Of a stretch of 64,000 bases of DNA, positions 38,310 through 49,544 are shown one piece after another; position 1 is the stretch's first letter, and each line of letters begins with the position of its first letter. The DNA is from Macrostomum lignano (Eukaryota). Below the pieces are notes generated by a model. It was not told where the DNA came from. It was given only the letters and a program-made list of their open reading frames with translations, and ran no database searches. Made by a program: the position numbers and the translations under genes. Location: NCBI GenBank assembly GCA_002269645.1, contig NIVC01001449.1, positions 186,001 through 250,000 on the forward strand. Reading direction: 5' to 3'.

Positions 38310-39262
38310 ATACCAGTAGGTCGGTAAATACCGACCGTTAAACCACTTTAAAGCTCACTTTCAGGGAGGTTATTGACATAGATTTTATTTTGCGGGATTC
38401 AATCGATCACTTTCCCGGACATATTGCAAGGATTATTGTGTGTATCTAAATAAGCAAGCTTCTCTCTTCTTTTCCTTCGTGACTCGAGAAATTTCTTAAT
38501 GAAATTTTGTCTATGGTAAGAATTTGAAGGCTTCACCCCCACACCCCAGCAGGGGCTTCGCCCCCACACCCCCATCCCCAACTTCAACTATAGACATACA
38601 AGTATGGCTCCGGGATTTATCAGAATACATCCCGCAAAATTAAAGTAGTTTAAATAAGATATTCTATTGTGTTTTTATTATAATATATGCTTCAATTTGA
38701 GGAAAAATACGTAGCCAGTGCATTGCGAGCGCAACTCGTAATCTAATGAATCTGTATAGAGATCTGTCTGAGTGAAATCCATAGCTGCAAATTTTCATCG
38801 ATTTCATCCGATATTGGCATTGCCAATAAATCTGCTAAATATCCATTCTGTACGAAGCAATTATATGCCTTTGTCGTACCCAGTGATTAGAAAAATCGGG
38901 GCGTACCCTCTAGGTCGGCGCCCTTGCGGCCGTCGAGGGCACGCCCCGTACCACAATTCGAGTATAAAGGTTTTAGTTTTACCTTTTTACGTTTTTTTAC
39001 GAGAAAGAAAATATAAAAGGAAGTGAAGTGACGGTTGTTTGGTTTGTGAGCTGGGTAACTGTGGGGGGCTTGTTAATTTAACTTGGCTTTGTCACCTTGT
39101 TTTCAGCTTGCGATCTGCGTGTACTCAAAAAATCATTGTGTACTCTATGCGTACTCTACTCTGTTCCACGTGCATCATTGCGCTAGCCATTGCCTCGCCC
39201 CTTAAGTCTCTACCATTTTGTACTCTCTCCACTCAGAGTGTCAGTGCATTAGTGAAATCCAA

Positions 39263-40126
39263 TCCTATATACTAAAAATGAGTTGTCTGTGGGTATGTGG
39301 GTATGTGGGTATGCGATAGATTTCAGAAAAATTGGCTTAACCGATTTTCTTCAAACTTCCGCGTTTCAAGGTTAACAGGGGATTTTTTAGATTTCAAGGT
39401 TTATGGGGGGCATCGCTGACATGTCAAGGCTTACGAGGGGAATCTATCTATCTATCTATCTATAGCTGAGATGTCAATGCTCACGGGGGAACAAATGAGA
39501 TGTCAAGGCTAATGTCAGAAGCTACATGTAGTTTATTGGAAAAAAGTTATTACATTATTTGTTGGCTCCTCACGGGAGGGATCGCTGATAGAAAAAGCGT
39601 AATGTAAAAAAAAAAGAAGCTTCATGTCAAAGTTAAGAGATTCATTTGGGAATCCCTACGATGTCGAGGCTTGCAGGGAATCGCTATAATGCTGTAGTAG
39701 TGCTATAGACTCTTAGAGAGAATTACTGAAATTTCAATGCTTTAGGGTTAGGGTTAGGGTTAGGGTTAGGGTTAGAAAGTAGACAGATTTTTTAAGATTT
39801 CAAGGCTTATGGGAGCATTGCTGAGATGTCAAGGGGGGAGTTGATATGTTAAGGCTTGTGGGGGGGGATTGCTGACATGTCAAGGCTTACAAGGGTACTG
39901 GTAGCGTACTGAAGCATACTGGTAGAAGTAGCTCTGAAAGAAGGCAAGTATGGTTGAATTTCAATGTCTGTTATAAAATTCTGCACAAACATGTTTTATT
40001 GGTACATAAGCCTGGAATTAAAATGAGAATTCGATTCCTAGCCCCCCTCCCTAAGAATTTTTTTTCATTTTAAAGGATTCGTCCCTTGCTTATTGGCCAC
40101 CCCGAAGGGGGGCGCTAGATTGCTAG
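39263..40126 (+). mobile_element. Non-autonomous Helitron unit 1, 864 bp
   Basis: 5' TC after target A; subterminal hairpin CCCCGAAGGGG (40100-40110); 3' CTAG. Shares about 80 bp of 5' end with unit 2. Confidence 0.85.
39742..39775 (+). repeat. Interstitial telomere-type repeat (TTAGGG)5 inside Helitron unit 1
   Basis: Five exact TTAGGG plus TTAG. Confidence 0.9.
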
Positions 40127-40719
40127 TCCAATATACTAAAAATGAGTTGTCTGTCGGTATGCGATAGATTTCAGAAAAATTGGCTCAACCGATTTTCTTC
40201 AAACTTGCACCATTCGATCAGAAATTTTCCTGGGACGGTACATGCATCTTGGCTAAGAAATTGCTCAATATTAAAGGGATTAAATATTCGAAAAACATGC
40301 TTTTTTGCAAAGGTCAAGCAGCTCTTTCGACCTGAAATGCATTGTAAGAATGCTAGAGAAAAAACTGACTGACTGAATTCCACTTGTGATAAAGATTACA
40401 TCACAACCAGTTGAAAACAGTGCCGAACAAATGCACACAAAACTTGATTTAAATTGCGTAACAATATTGCTAACTTGAATTGACACTGATACTGGCTGAC
40501 TGAGAAATTGATTATGTCATAACTTTTTACTCTAACCGACTTGCTATAAGAATTTAATTATAAGGGCCACAATTCATGATCTCCAATTGAAAAGAGATAG
40601 CATAGATGCGAACAGACTGGACTGCTAATGCAGCGATCTGGGTTCGAATCTTAGTAGTGCAAAAAGATTTTTTTATTCAAAAACCTTAAAAACACAAAAT
40701 GCTAAACATAAAAAAGCAC

Positions 40720-43530
40720 AATGTCAAACATTAAAGAGCCACCATGTCGACCAGTAAAGAGCCACCATGTCGAACATTAAAGAGCCACCATGTCAAACAT
40801 TAAAGAGCCACCATGTCAAACATTAAAGAGCCACCATGTCGAACATTAAAGAGCCACCATGTCTAACATTAAAGAGCCACCATGTCGAAAATTAAAGAGC
40901 CACCATGTCTAACATTACAAAGCCACCATGTCTAACATTACAAAGCCACCATTTCAAACATTAAAGAGCCATCATGTCTAACATTTAAGAGCCACCATGT
41001 CTAACATTAAAAAGCCACCATTTCAAACATTAAAGAGCCATCATGTCGAACATTAAAGAGCAACCATGTCTAACATTAAAGAGCCACCATGTCTAACATT
41101 AAAGAGCCACCATGTCTAACATTAAAGAGCCACCATGTCGAAAATTAAAGAGCCACCATGTCCAACATATATGTGACTTCATGTCAAACATTAAAGAGCC
41201 ACCATGTCTAACATTAAAGAGCCACCATGTCTAACATTAAAGAGCCACCATGTCTAACATTAAAGAGCCACCATGTCAAACATTAAAGAGCCACAATTTC
41301 AAACATTAAAGAGCCATCATGTCGAACATTAAAGAGCAACCATGTCTAACATTAAAGAGCCACCATGTCTAACATTAAAGAGCCACCATGTCGAACATTA
41401 AAGAGCCACAATTTCAAACATTAAAGAGCCATCATGTCGAACATTAAAGGGCAACCATGTCTAACATTAAAGAGCCACCATGTCTAACATTAAAGAGCCA
41501 CCATGTCGAACATTAAAGAGCCATCATGTCCAACATAAATGTGACTTAACGTCAAACATTAAAGAGCCACCATGTCTAACATTAAAGAGCCACCATGTCT
41601 AACATTAAAGAGCCACCATGTCTAACATTAAAGAGCCACCATGTCTAACATTAAAGAGCCACCATGTCTAACATTAAAGAGCCACCATGTCTAACATTAA
41701 AGAGCCACCATGTCTAACATTAAAGAGCCACCATGTCTAACATTAAAGAGCCACCATGTCTAACATTAAAGAGCCACCATGTCTAACATTAAAGAGCCAC
41801 CATGTCGAACATTAAAGAGCCACCATGTCTAACATTAAAGAGCCACCATGTCTAACATTAAAGAGCCACCTTGTCGAACATTAAAGAGCCACCATGTCGA
41901 ACATTAAAGAGCCACCATGTCCAAAATTTATGTGACTTCATGTCAAACATTAAAGAGCCATCATATCGAACATTAAAGAGCCACCATGTCTAACATTAAA
42001 GAGCCACCATGTCTAAGATTAAAGAGCCACCATGTCGAAAATTAAAGAGCCACCATGTCCAACATTAAAGAGCCATCATGTCGAACATAAAAGAGCCACC
42101 ATGTCAAACATAAAAGGACCACCATGTCAAACATTAAAGAGCCACCATTTCAAACATTAAAGAGCCATCATTTCGAACATTAAAGAGCCACCATGTCTAA
42201 CATTAAAGAGCCACCATGTCGAACATCAAAGAGCCACCATGTCAAACATAAAAGGACCACCATGTCAAACATTAAAGAGGCACCATGTCAAAAATTAACA
42301 GCCACCATGTCTAACATTAAAGAGCCACCATGTTGAACATTAAAGAGCCACCATGTCGAACATTAAAGAGCCACGATGTCAAACATTTAAGAGGCACCAT
42401 GTCAAAAATTAACAGCCACCATGTCTAACATAAAGTGACTTTATGTAAAACATATAAGTGACTTTATGTAAAACATATAAGTGACTTTTTGTCAAGCATT
42501 AAAGAGCCACCATGTCAAACATACAAGAGCCACCATTTCGAACATTAAAGAGCCACCATTTCGAACATTAAAGAGCCACCATGTCAAACATAAAAGAGCC
42601 ATCATGTCAAACATTTAAGAGCCACTTTGTCTAACATTAAAGAGCCACCATGTCAAACATTAAAGAGCCCCCATGTCAGACATTGAAAAGCCACCGTATC
42701 AAACATAAAAGAGTTACCATGTAGAACATAAAAGAGCCATCATATCAACAAAAAGGAGCCACCATGTCAAACATAAAAGAGCCACCATGTCGAACATAAA
42801 AGAGCCACCATGTCAACATAAAAGAGCCACCATGTCAAACATAAAAGAGCCACCATGCCAAACAAAAAAGAGCCACCATGTCAAACATATACTATACGTG
42901 TCTCTATGTCAAACATTAACGCGCCATCATGTCAAACATATATATGACTGCATGTCAAACATAAAAGTGCCACCATGGTGAAAATTAAAGAGCCACCCTC
43001 TCAAACATAAAAGAGCCACTATGTGACTCCATGTCAAACATTGAACATAAAAGAGAGACCATGTCAAAACATTATTGAGCCACCATGTCAAAACATTATT
43101 GAGCCACCATGTCAAACATTAAAAAGCTTGTTTGTTTACTCATAAAAGAGATAAAACACATAAAAGAGCCACCATGTCAAACATATATGACTCCATGTCA
43201 AACCTAAAACATAAAAAAGACACCATGTCACACATAAGGGAGCCGCCATGTCAAACATAGAAGAGCCACCATGTCGAACATTAAAGAGCCACCATTTCAA
43301 ACATTAAAAAGCTATGATGTCAAACACAAAAGAGCCACCATGTCAAACATAGAAGAGACACCATGGCAAACATAGAGGAGCCACCATGTCAAACATTAAA
43401 GAGCTATCATGTCAAACACAAAAGAGCTACCATGTCAAACATAGAAGAGCCACCATGTCAAACATTAAAGAGCCACCATGTCAAACATTAAAGAGCCACC
43501 TTTTTAAAAAAAGAGACACCATTTCAAACA
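40720..43530. repeat. 23-bp minisatellite (CATGTCTAACATTAAAGAGCCAC), about 120 copies
   Basis: 23-bp period (41641 to 41664); homogeneous near 41.6-41.9 kb, degenerate toward 43.5 kb. Confidence 0.97.
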
Positions 43531-43724
43531 TAAAAAGAAGTGTCATGCCAAACAAAATGGAACCATTATAAAGCTAAGGAAATTGCTGCACTAGCTACTT
43601 GTTCTCTGGTGGATGCTTGCTCTTGGGGGTGGAGAGTACTTGCTATCTGAGAGGGGGTTGCTAGATATCTATAAGGTCTCTTTGTATCCAGGTTATGCTT
43701 GCTATCAGGGTTTGCTTGCTGTCT

Positions 43725-44270
43725 GGGGGATTCTTGCGATCTGGGGGATGCTTGCTATCTGGGGGATGCTTGCTATCTGGGGGATGCTTGCTATCTGGGG
43801 ATGCTTGCTATCTGGGGATGCTTGCTATCTGGGGGATGCTTGCTATCTGGGGGATACTTACTATCTGGGGTCTGGGGAATGCTTGGTATCTGGGGGATGC
43901 TTGCTATCTGGGGGATGCTTGCTATCTGGGGGATGCTTACTATCTGGGGTCTGGGGAATGCTTGGTATCTGGGGGATGCTTGCTATCTGGGGGATGCTTG
44001 CTATCTGGGGATGCTTGCTATCTGGGGGATGCTTGCTATCTGGGGTTGCTTTCTATCGGGGGATGCTTGCTATCTGGGGTTGCTTTCTATCGGGGGATGC
44101 TTGCTATCTGGGGTTGCTTTCTATCGGGGGATGCTTGCTATCTGGGGTTGCTTTCTATCGGGGGATGCTTGCTATCTGGGGGATGCTTGCAGTCTGGGGG
44201 ATGCTTGCAGTCTGGGGGATGCTTGCAGTCTGGGGGATGCTTGCAGTCTGGGGGATGCTTGCTATTTGGG
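43725..44270. repeat. 18-bp minisatellite (GGGGGATGCTTGCTATCT)
   Basis: 18-bp period (43741 to 43759) with 17-bp variants. Confidence 0.95.
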
Positions 44271-44569
44271 GATCGATGCTTGAATGCTGTCTGAGGATGC
44301 TTGCTGTCTTGGGATGTTTTGTTTTTAAGAGGGAATGTCTGTTGTTTTTTTATGAAGGCTTTTTTTGCTGTCTATTTGTTATTTGTAAAGAACAAGGATT
44401 CTATCCAGATGTCCCCCATCGGGGGGCAAAGATTGCTAGTATTTACTATATTTAAGCTATTTCTCTCGGTCTTCAACTCGTCAAGTACTTAGGCTATTCT
44501 ACAAATATATCGCAAGCATTCACATTCGTTATTAAACAACAATCAGCTCCTGACTTTCGTGTCACGTCA

Positions 44570-47500
44570 ATGGCGTCGCAAGCAGGCGAAATTCGGAGTC
44601 AGGAACTCAACCTCAACGATCCTGAACTCGCTAAGGCATGGATGCAGCAGCTTTCCGCCACGGCCCGCATTAAGAAACTTACGGACACGGACGAAGCGCG
44701 GGATAAGACTGACTTGTTCCTGTCCAAGGCTGGACTACAGGCGATCCGGACACTCTCTCTGATGGCCGCAGCAAAAAAGCTGGAGGCACTCAAATTTAGC
44801 GAAATCGAGACACTAGTAACAGCAACAATCCGGCCTAAGAAGAGGCTGGTCATCGCTGAACGCACCAGATTTCTAAGCCTCAAACAAGAGCCAGGTGAAT
44901 CGATCAGCACTTACTACCGTCGGCTTCGAGCAGCGGCGGCGCTCTGCGAATTCGAGGAACTTGGGGCCAAGCAGTCCAAGGAAAACGACCTCATCGCAAT
45001 GAGGCTAATCGGCGGCCTTGCCTCTGCCGAACACAAGAAGAGGATTTTGGAGCAGCTTCAAGGCGAAGAAAAACTTCTTGACGATATCCTGCAAAACCTG
45101 CAGCAGCTCGAGCAAATCCAACAGTACAATAAAGACACGACCAACACCGCTTCATCAGGCGCGCCCGTTCCCCTGGAGATCGCTTTTGCAGGTCAACCAA
45201 GAACGGCCGGTGCGGCAGCCAAGTCCTCAGGAGCGGCCGGTAAAGGCAGGTGCTATTACTGCGGTACAACTCACCCCAAAGGCAGTTGCCCAGCTTTCGG
45301 TCAGAGGTGCACCAAGTGTAAACGAAAGAATCATTTTGCGGCGGTCTGCAGATCCAGAGAAGTTCACTTGACCCAAGAAGAATCAACAAGCGATCGTGAG
45401 AATCAAGACCAAGAGCCAGCCGACATTTTCGTGGTCGCTCCAGGGCGTAGCAACGGACTCTTTCACGAAGCGAAGATCAATGGTCGGACCCTGCCCATGC
45501 AGATTGGTACAGGGGCCGAGGTGAGTCTACTTCCGCAAAATCTGTGAGTCAAGCTCGGCCGCCCTTCTCTCAAAAGGTGCAGGCGAACACTCAGGCAGTA
45601 CGACGGATCCAGCATTTCCTGTCTAGGAGAATTCACTGCCTCCCTAGAAACTGACACCAACTTTGTTACACTGGACCTAATCGTCACGGAGGCCAGCAAG
45701 CCACATGGACTGCTGGGAATGGACGTCATCAAGCTGCAAGGGGACGCCATTACAATCAACGCTGTCGGCCAGCTAGGATGTCTCAAAAACTTCAAAGCCA
45801 AGATTCGACTTGTTGACGGAGCAAAACCGTTTTACTGCGCAGCCAGGCCCGTTCCCATTCACCTGCGAGACCGGGTTAACGAGGAACTCAAGCTAATGGA
45901 GGCTGAGCAGATAATTGAACCTGTTCCAGCCGGAGGGAGTCAGTGGGCCTCACCAATTGTCAGTGTGCTAAAACCTAACGGAAAGGTGCGCGTCTGTGCT
46001 GACTTCAAAGCAGGAGTTAATCATCAGGTGTGCAATGATACGTACCCAATGCCTGAGATGGAGACAATCTTTGCGGCGACCTCTGGAATGTCGCACTTCT
46101 CCAAAATCGACCTCTCGGATGCATATTTGCAGATAGAGCTTGACGAAGACAGCAGAAAAATCACCACCATCGCCACACCTTTGGGCCTCTATCGCTATAA
46201 GCGTCTCGTTCCAGGCCTCAAATCTGCATCATCTATCTTTCAAAAGGCAATGGAATCTGTCCTTACTGACATCACCGGCAAGATAGTTTATCAGGACGAC
46301 ATTCTTCTAGGCGGAAAATCTGACTCAGAGATCGACTCAAAAGTCAAAAACGTCATAGCTACCCTAAAGAAGGCAGGAATGTCAATCAACTTGGAAAAAT
46401 CAACCCTCAAGGCTAGGGAGGTCTCATTTCTCGGATACAGAGTCAGCGAGAGAGGAATTTCTCCTGATCCAAATCTAGTCGATCGGATCCGCGCCGTCAA
46501 GACTCCGGAAGACAAGAAGCAACTAGAATCTTTTCTTAATTGGTTTTGCCAACTTCTTTGGCAGATTCGTTCGCAACTACTCACAGATCATCGAGCCACT
46601 CAACCGGTTACGAACCAAGAACGCAAAGTTCAGTTGGGGAACCGATCAGACTCAGGCCTTCGAGCGAATCAAAGCCATTCTTAGCAGTGCGCCAGTCCTA
46701 CAGCCCTACGACAAGACCAAAGAGACGACTCTTACCACAGATGCCAGTGAGAGGGCCATCGCCGCTGTACTCACCCAAAACGGCCACCCGGTTATATACC
46801 TTAGCAGACGGTTGAGCAGCACGGAGTCGCGCTATTCGAATATCGAAAGAGAGGCCCTCGCCATCGTTTGGGCGATGGAACGCGCCAAGCAATTCCTTCT
46901 CGGTGCCCGATTCACTCTACGGACAGATCATCGGCCTCTAGAGTTTCTCTTCGGAGCGCGGCGGCAACTTCCAAAGGTGGCGAACGCTCGGCTACTTCGC
47001 TGGGCGATCAAGCTAATGGCCTTCGATTTTGACACGATCTACACAAAAGGCGAGCACATTCCGCACGCTGATGCCCTCTCTCGCCTTGACTGCAACGGTG
47101 AACTATCCCAATCAGAACCTGCTGCCTTGGAAGGTCTGGTTCATTGGGCAGGCGCCCGGTGATTCCATGGGAGGAGCTGCAAGCGGAGACCCAGCGCGAT
47201 CGTCTACTCCAAGATATTGCTGAGCGAGTCGCATCAAGCAGATGGTCAGGATGCTCCCCAGCTGAGAGGCCGTACAAGTCAGTTCGCCATGCCTTAGTGA
47301 TAGACGACGGCATTCTCTGCTACGGCGATCGACCGGTGATTCCTGCGACACTCAGGCAGCGCGTCCTGGATCAGGTACACAATGACTCGCATCAGGGAAC
47401 CATGGCAACTCGCGCACTCATCCGCAACTCGGCCTGGTGGCCAGGATATTGCACGGACGTGGAGCGGCACGTACGCAACTGCCACACCTGCACGCGAATT

Positions 47501-48463
47501 CGGCCCTCTGGCACACCTACGGTACATCAGTGGCCGAAAGAAGACGAGCCGTGGTATCGCGTGCACATGGACCACGCCACAATCCCGAAGGTTGGACTGG
47601 TGCTCATTCTAGTCGCTGCTATGTCAGGATGGCCTGAGGTCCTGAGAGTACCAAACCACGATGCTGCGACTGTTAAAGCCGCTCTTCAGTCAGTGTTCGC
47701 TAGAAACGGTGTCCCGCACGTCCTGGTTAGTGATAATGCCACTGAGTATCACGACGCCGGACTGCTGTCCTGGCTTGAGCGAATCGGCTGTCGAGTCCTC
47801 AAAACTCCTCCAAGGCATCCGCAATCGAACGGACTTGCGGAACGGATGGTCGGCTCGATCAAGAGGGCGTCGGCGGCCTGGGACCAAGCGTCGGAGCCGT
47901 ACAACTCATTCCTGTTCAGACTCTTACTCAATTACAGGTGCATTCCACACGCCGGTCGGGCCCAGAGTCCAGCACAGCTCATGGGACGGCAGCTTCGCAA
48001 TCCTATCACGATGAAGACGCCAATAAGAGCCAAAATCTGGTACGCACCGGGAGCAGGGCTGGAGCGCGAGCCGGCCGAGTTTCTATGTCAGAAAGGGACG
48101 AACACGGCCATCATCGCCCGCCAAGGCGGTCGCACCGTCCTGGCGCATGCAGACCAGCTGAGTGAACGCATCGAGGCCGGAGCCGATGATCCGGTAACCT
48201 CCCGCGCCACGGACGAGGATGCGATGCTGTCAAGGCCGCAGACCAGCTGCCAAGATGCCAAGAGCAGCGGTGGCAGCGACGCCGCTACTGCATCCGCTGA
48301 AGATGGCGAAGCTATCGGACTGCAGGGCGGGGAGCCAACCGAGTTGCATCGGCCGGAGCCGATGGCTGAAAGCACCGCCGGCCCCTCGCAGGTGAAGCTG
48401 CCTCGCTATCCGATTCGTTCGACAAGGGGCCTGCCACCAGCTCGATTCGAAGCGGGGAGATGA
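44570..48463 (+). pseudogene. Gypsy 1 gag-pol, inactivated
   Basis: Gag CYYCGTTH..CPAFGQRCTKCKRKNHFAAVC; protease IGTGA (catalytic D to G); TGA at 45545; RT YQDD; RNase H TDAS; integrase HHCC and D-D-E; frameshifts near 46537 and 47160. Confidence 0.93.
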
Positions 48464-49544
48464 AGTGACGGTTGTTTGGTTTGTGAGCTGGGTAACTGTG
48501 GGGGGCTTGTTTATTTAACTTCGCTTTGTCACCTTGTTTGCAGCTTGCGATCTGCGTGTACTCAGTAAATCATTGTGTACTCTATGCGTACTCTACTCTG
48601 TTCCACGTGCATCATTGCGCTAGCCATTGCCTCGCCCCTAAGTCTCTACCATTTTGTACTCTCTCCACTCACAGTGTCAGTGCATTAGTAAAATCCAATA
48701 TTTACTATATTTAAGCTATTTCTCTCGGTCTTCAACTCGTCAAGTACTTAGGCTATTCTACAAATATATCGCAAGCATTCACATTCGTTATCAAACAACA
48801 ATCAGCTCCTGACTTTCGCGTCACGTCAGGAAGGACTTTCAAGGTTGATTTGTTTGAGTTTCGGGTGCTTTTCTACGAGTACTTGTACCTAACACTACAC
48901 CATTTTACCGCCTATTTTGACCAAACTCCCTTTCAGTTCAAACAGTCGGAACAGCAATTCAGAAACTGTCTACGAAACACAGTGCTTGCAGAAATTCGAT
49001 TAAGACTCTCTCTTTCATATTCAACAGAGCCCTTTCAATTCAGTCAGCCAAAATTGTCTATGGACTTTCTCTCTTTATTGTTCCACTTGCAGAACCACAT
49101 AGGAAATTCTAAACAAACACAAGACAATCAAAAGAAACACTTTCAGCTTTAAACATAAACATTACGTAAACTGAATAAACAAGCGTCCAAGGTCTGGCGG
49201 TGCATTTAACTCTTTGAAAATTAGGGGGTGGGGTTGGGTGCAAGATAGGACAAGGGGTGGAGTGCAAGACTGAGGAAAGAGGCGAGAATGAAGAGCCAAT
49301 CAGAAGGCAGCGAGGGAGAGAGAAAGAATAACAAGATTTGAGCTAGACAGAGAGGGAGAGAAATCAGAACAAACAAAGACAAGTGAAGGTGAACTGAAGA
49401 ATTGACTAAAAAAAGTCGCGACATCCATGTCTTCACTTCCAGCCTCAGTCATCGCATCTCTTTGCAAAGCAAGCCGCGGATACCACTAAGTGTCATGTCG
49501 AACTGAGGCATGGCAAGTTGCGTCGAAAAAACAGCGCAGATAAT

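Larger units (their letters stand above)
40127..44439 (+). mobile_element. Non-autonomous Helitron unit 2, 4.3 kb, carrying satellites
   Basis: 5' TCCAATATACTAAAAATGAGTTGTCTGT; hairpin CCCCCATCGGGGG near 44413; 3' GATTGCTAG followed by target T, where the LTR resumes. Confidence 0.85.
39024..48828 (+). mobile_element. Gypsy (Mag-like) LTR retrotransposon 1; 5' LTR split by Helitrons
   Basis: TSD GGAAG on both sides. 5' LTR = 39024-39262 plus 44440-44569; 3' LTR 48461-48828; about 10 differences in about 369 bp. PBS-like TGGCGTCGC at 44571; PPT GAAGCGGGGAGA. Confidence 0.95.

Noticed and set aside
42787-44455. ORFs with MSNIKEPP and GGCLLS/WGMLAI repeats
   Set aside because: Translations of the 23-bp and 18-bp minisatellites.
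48850-49440. LINE or Penelope fragment between Gypsy 1 and Ngaro 2
   Set aside because: Composition is suggestive but no diagnostic motif was recognised.
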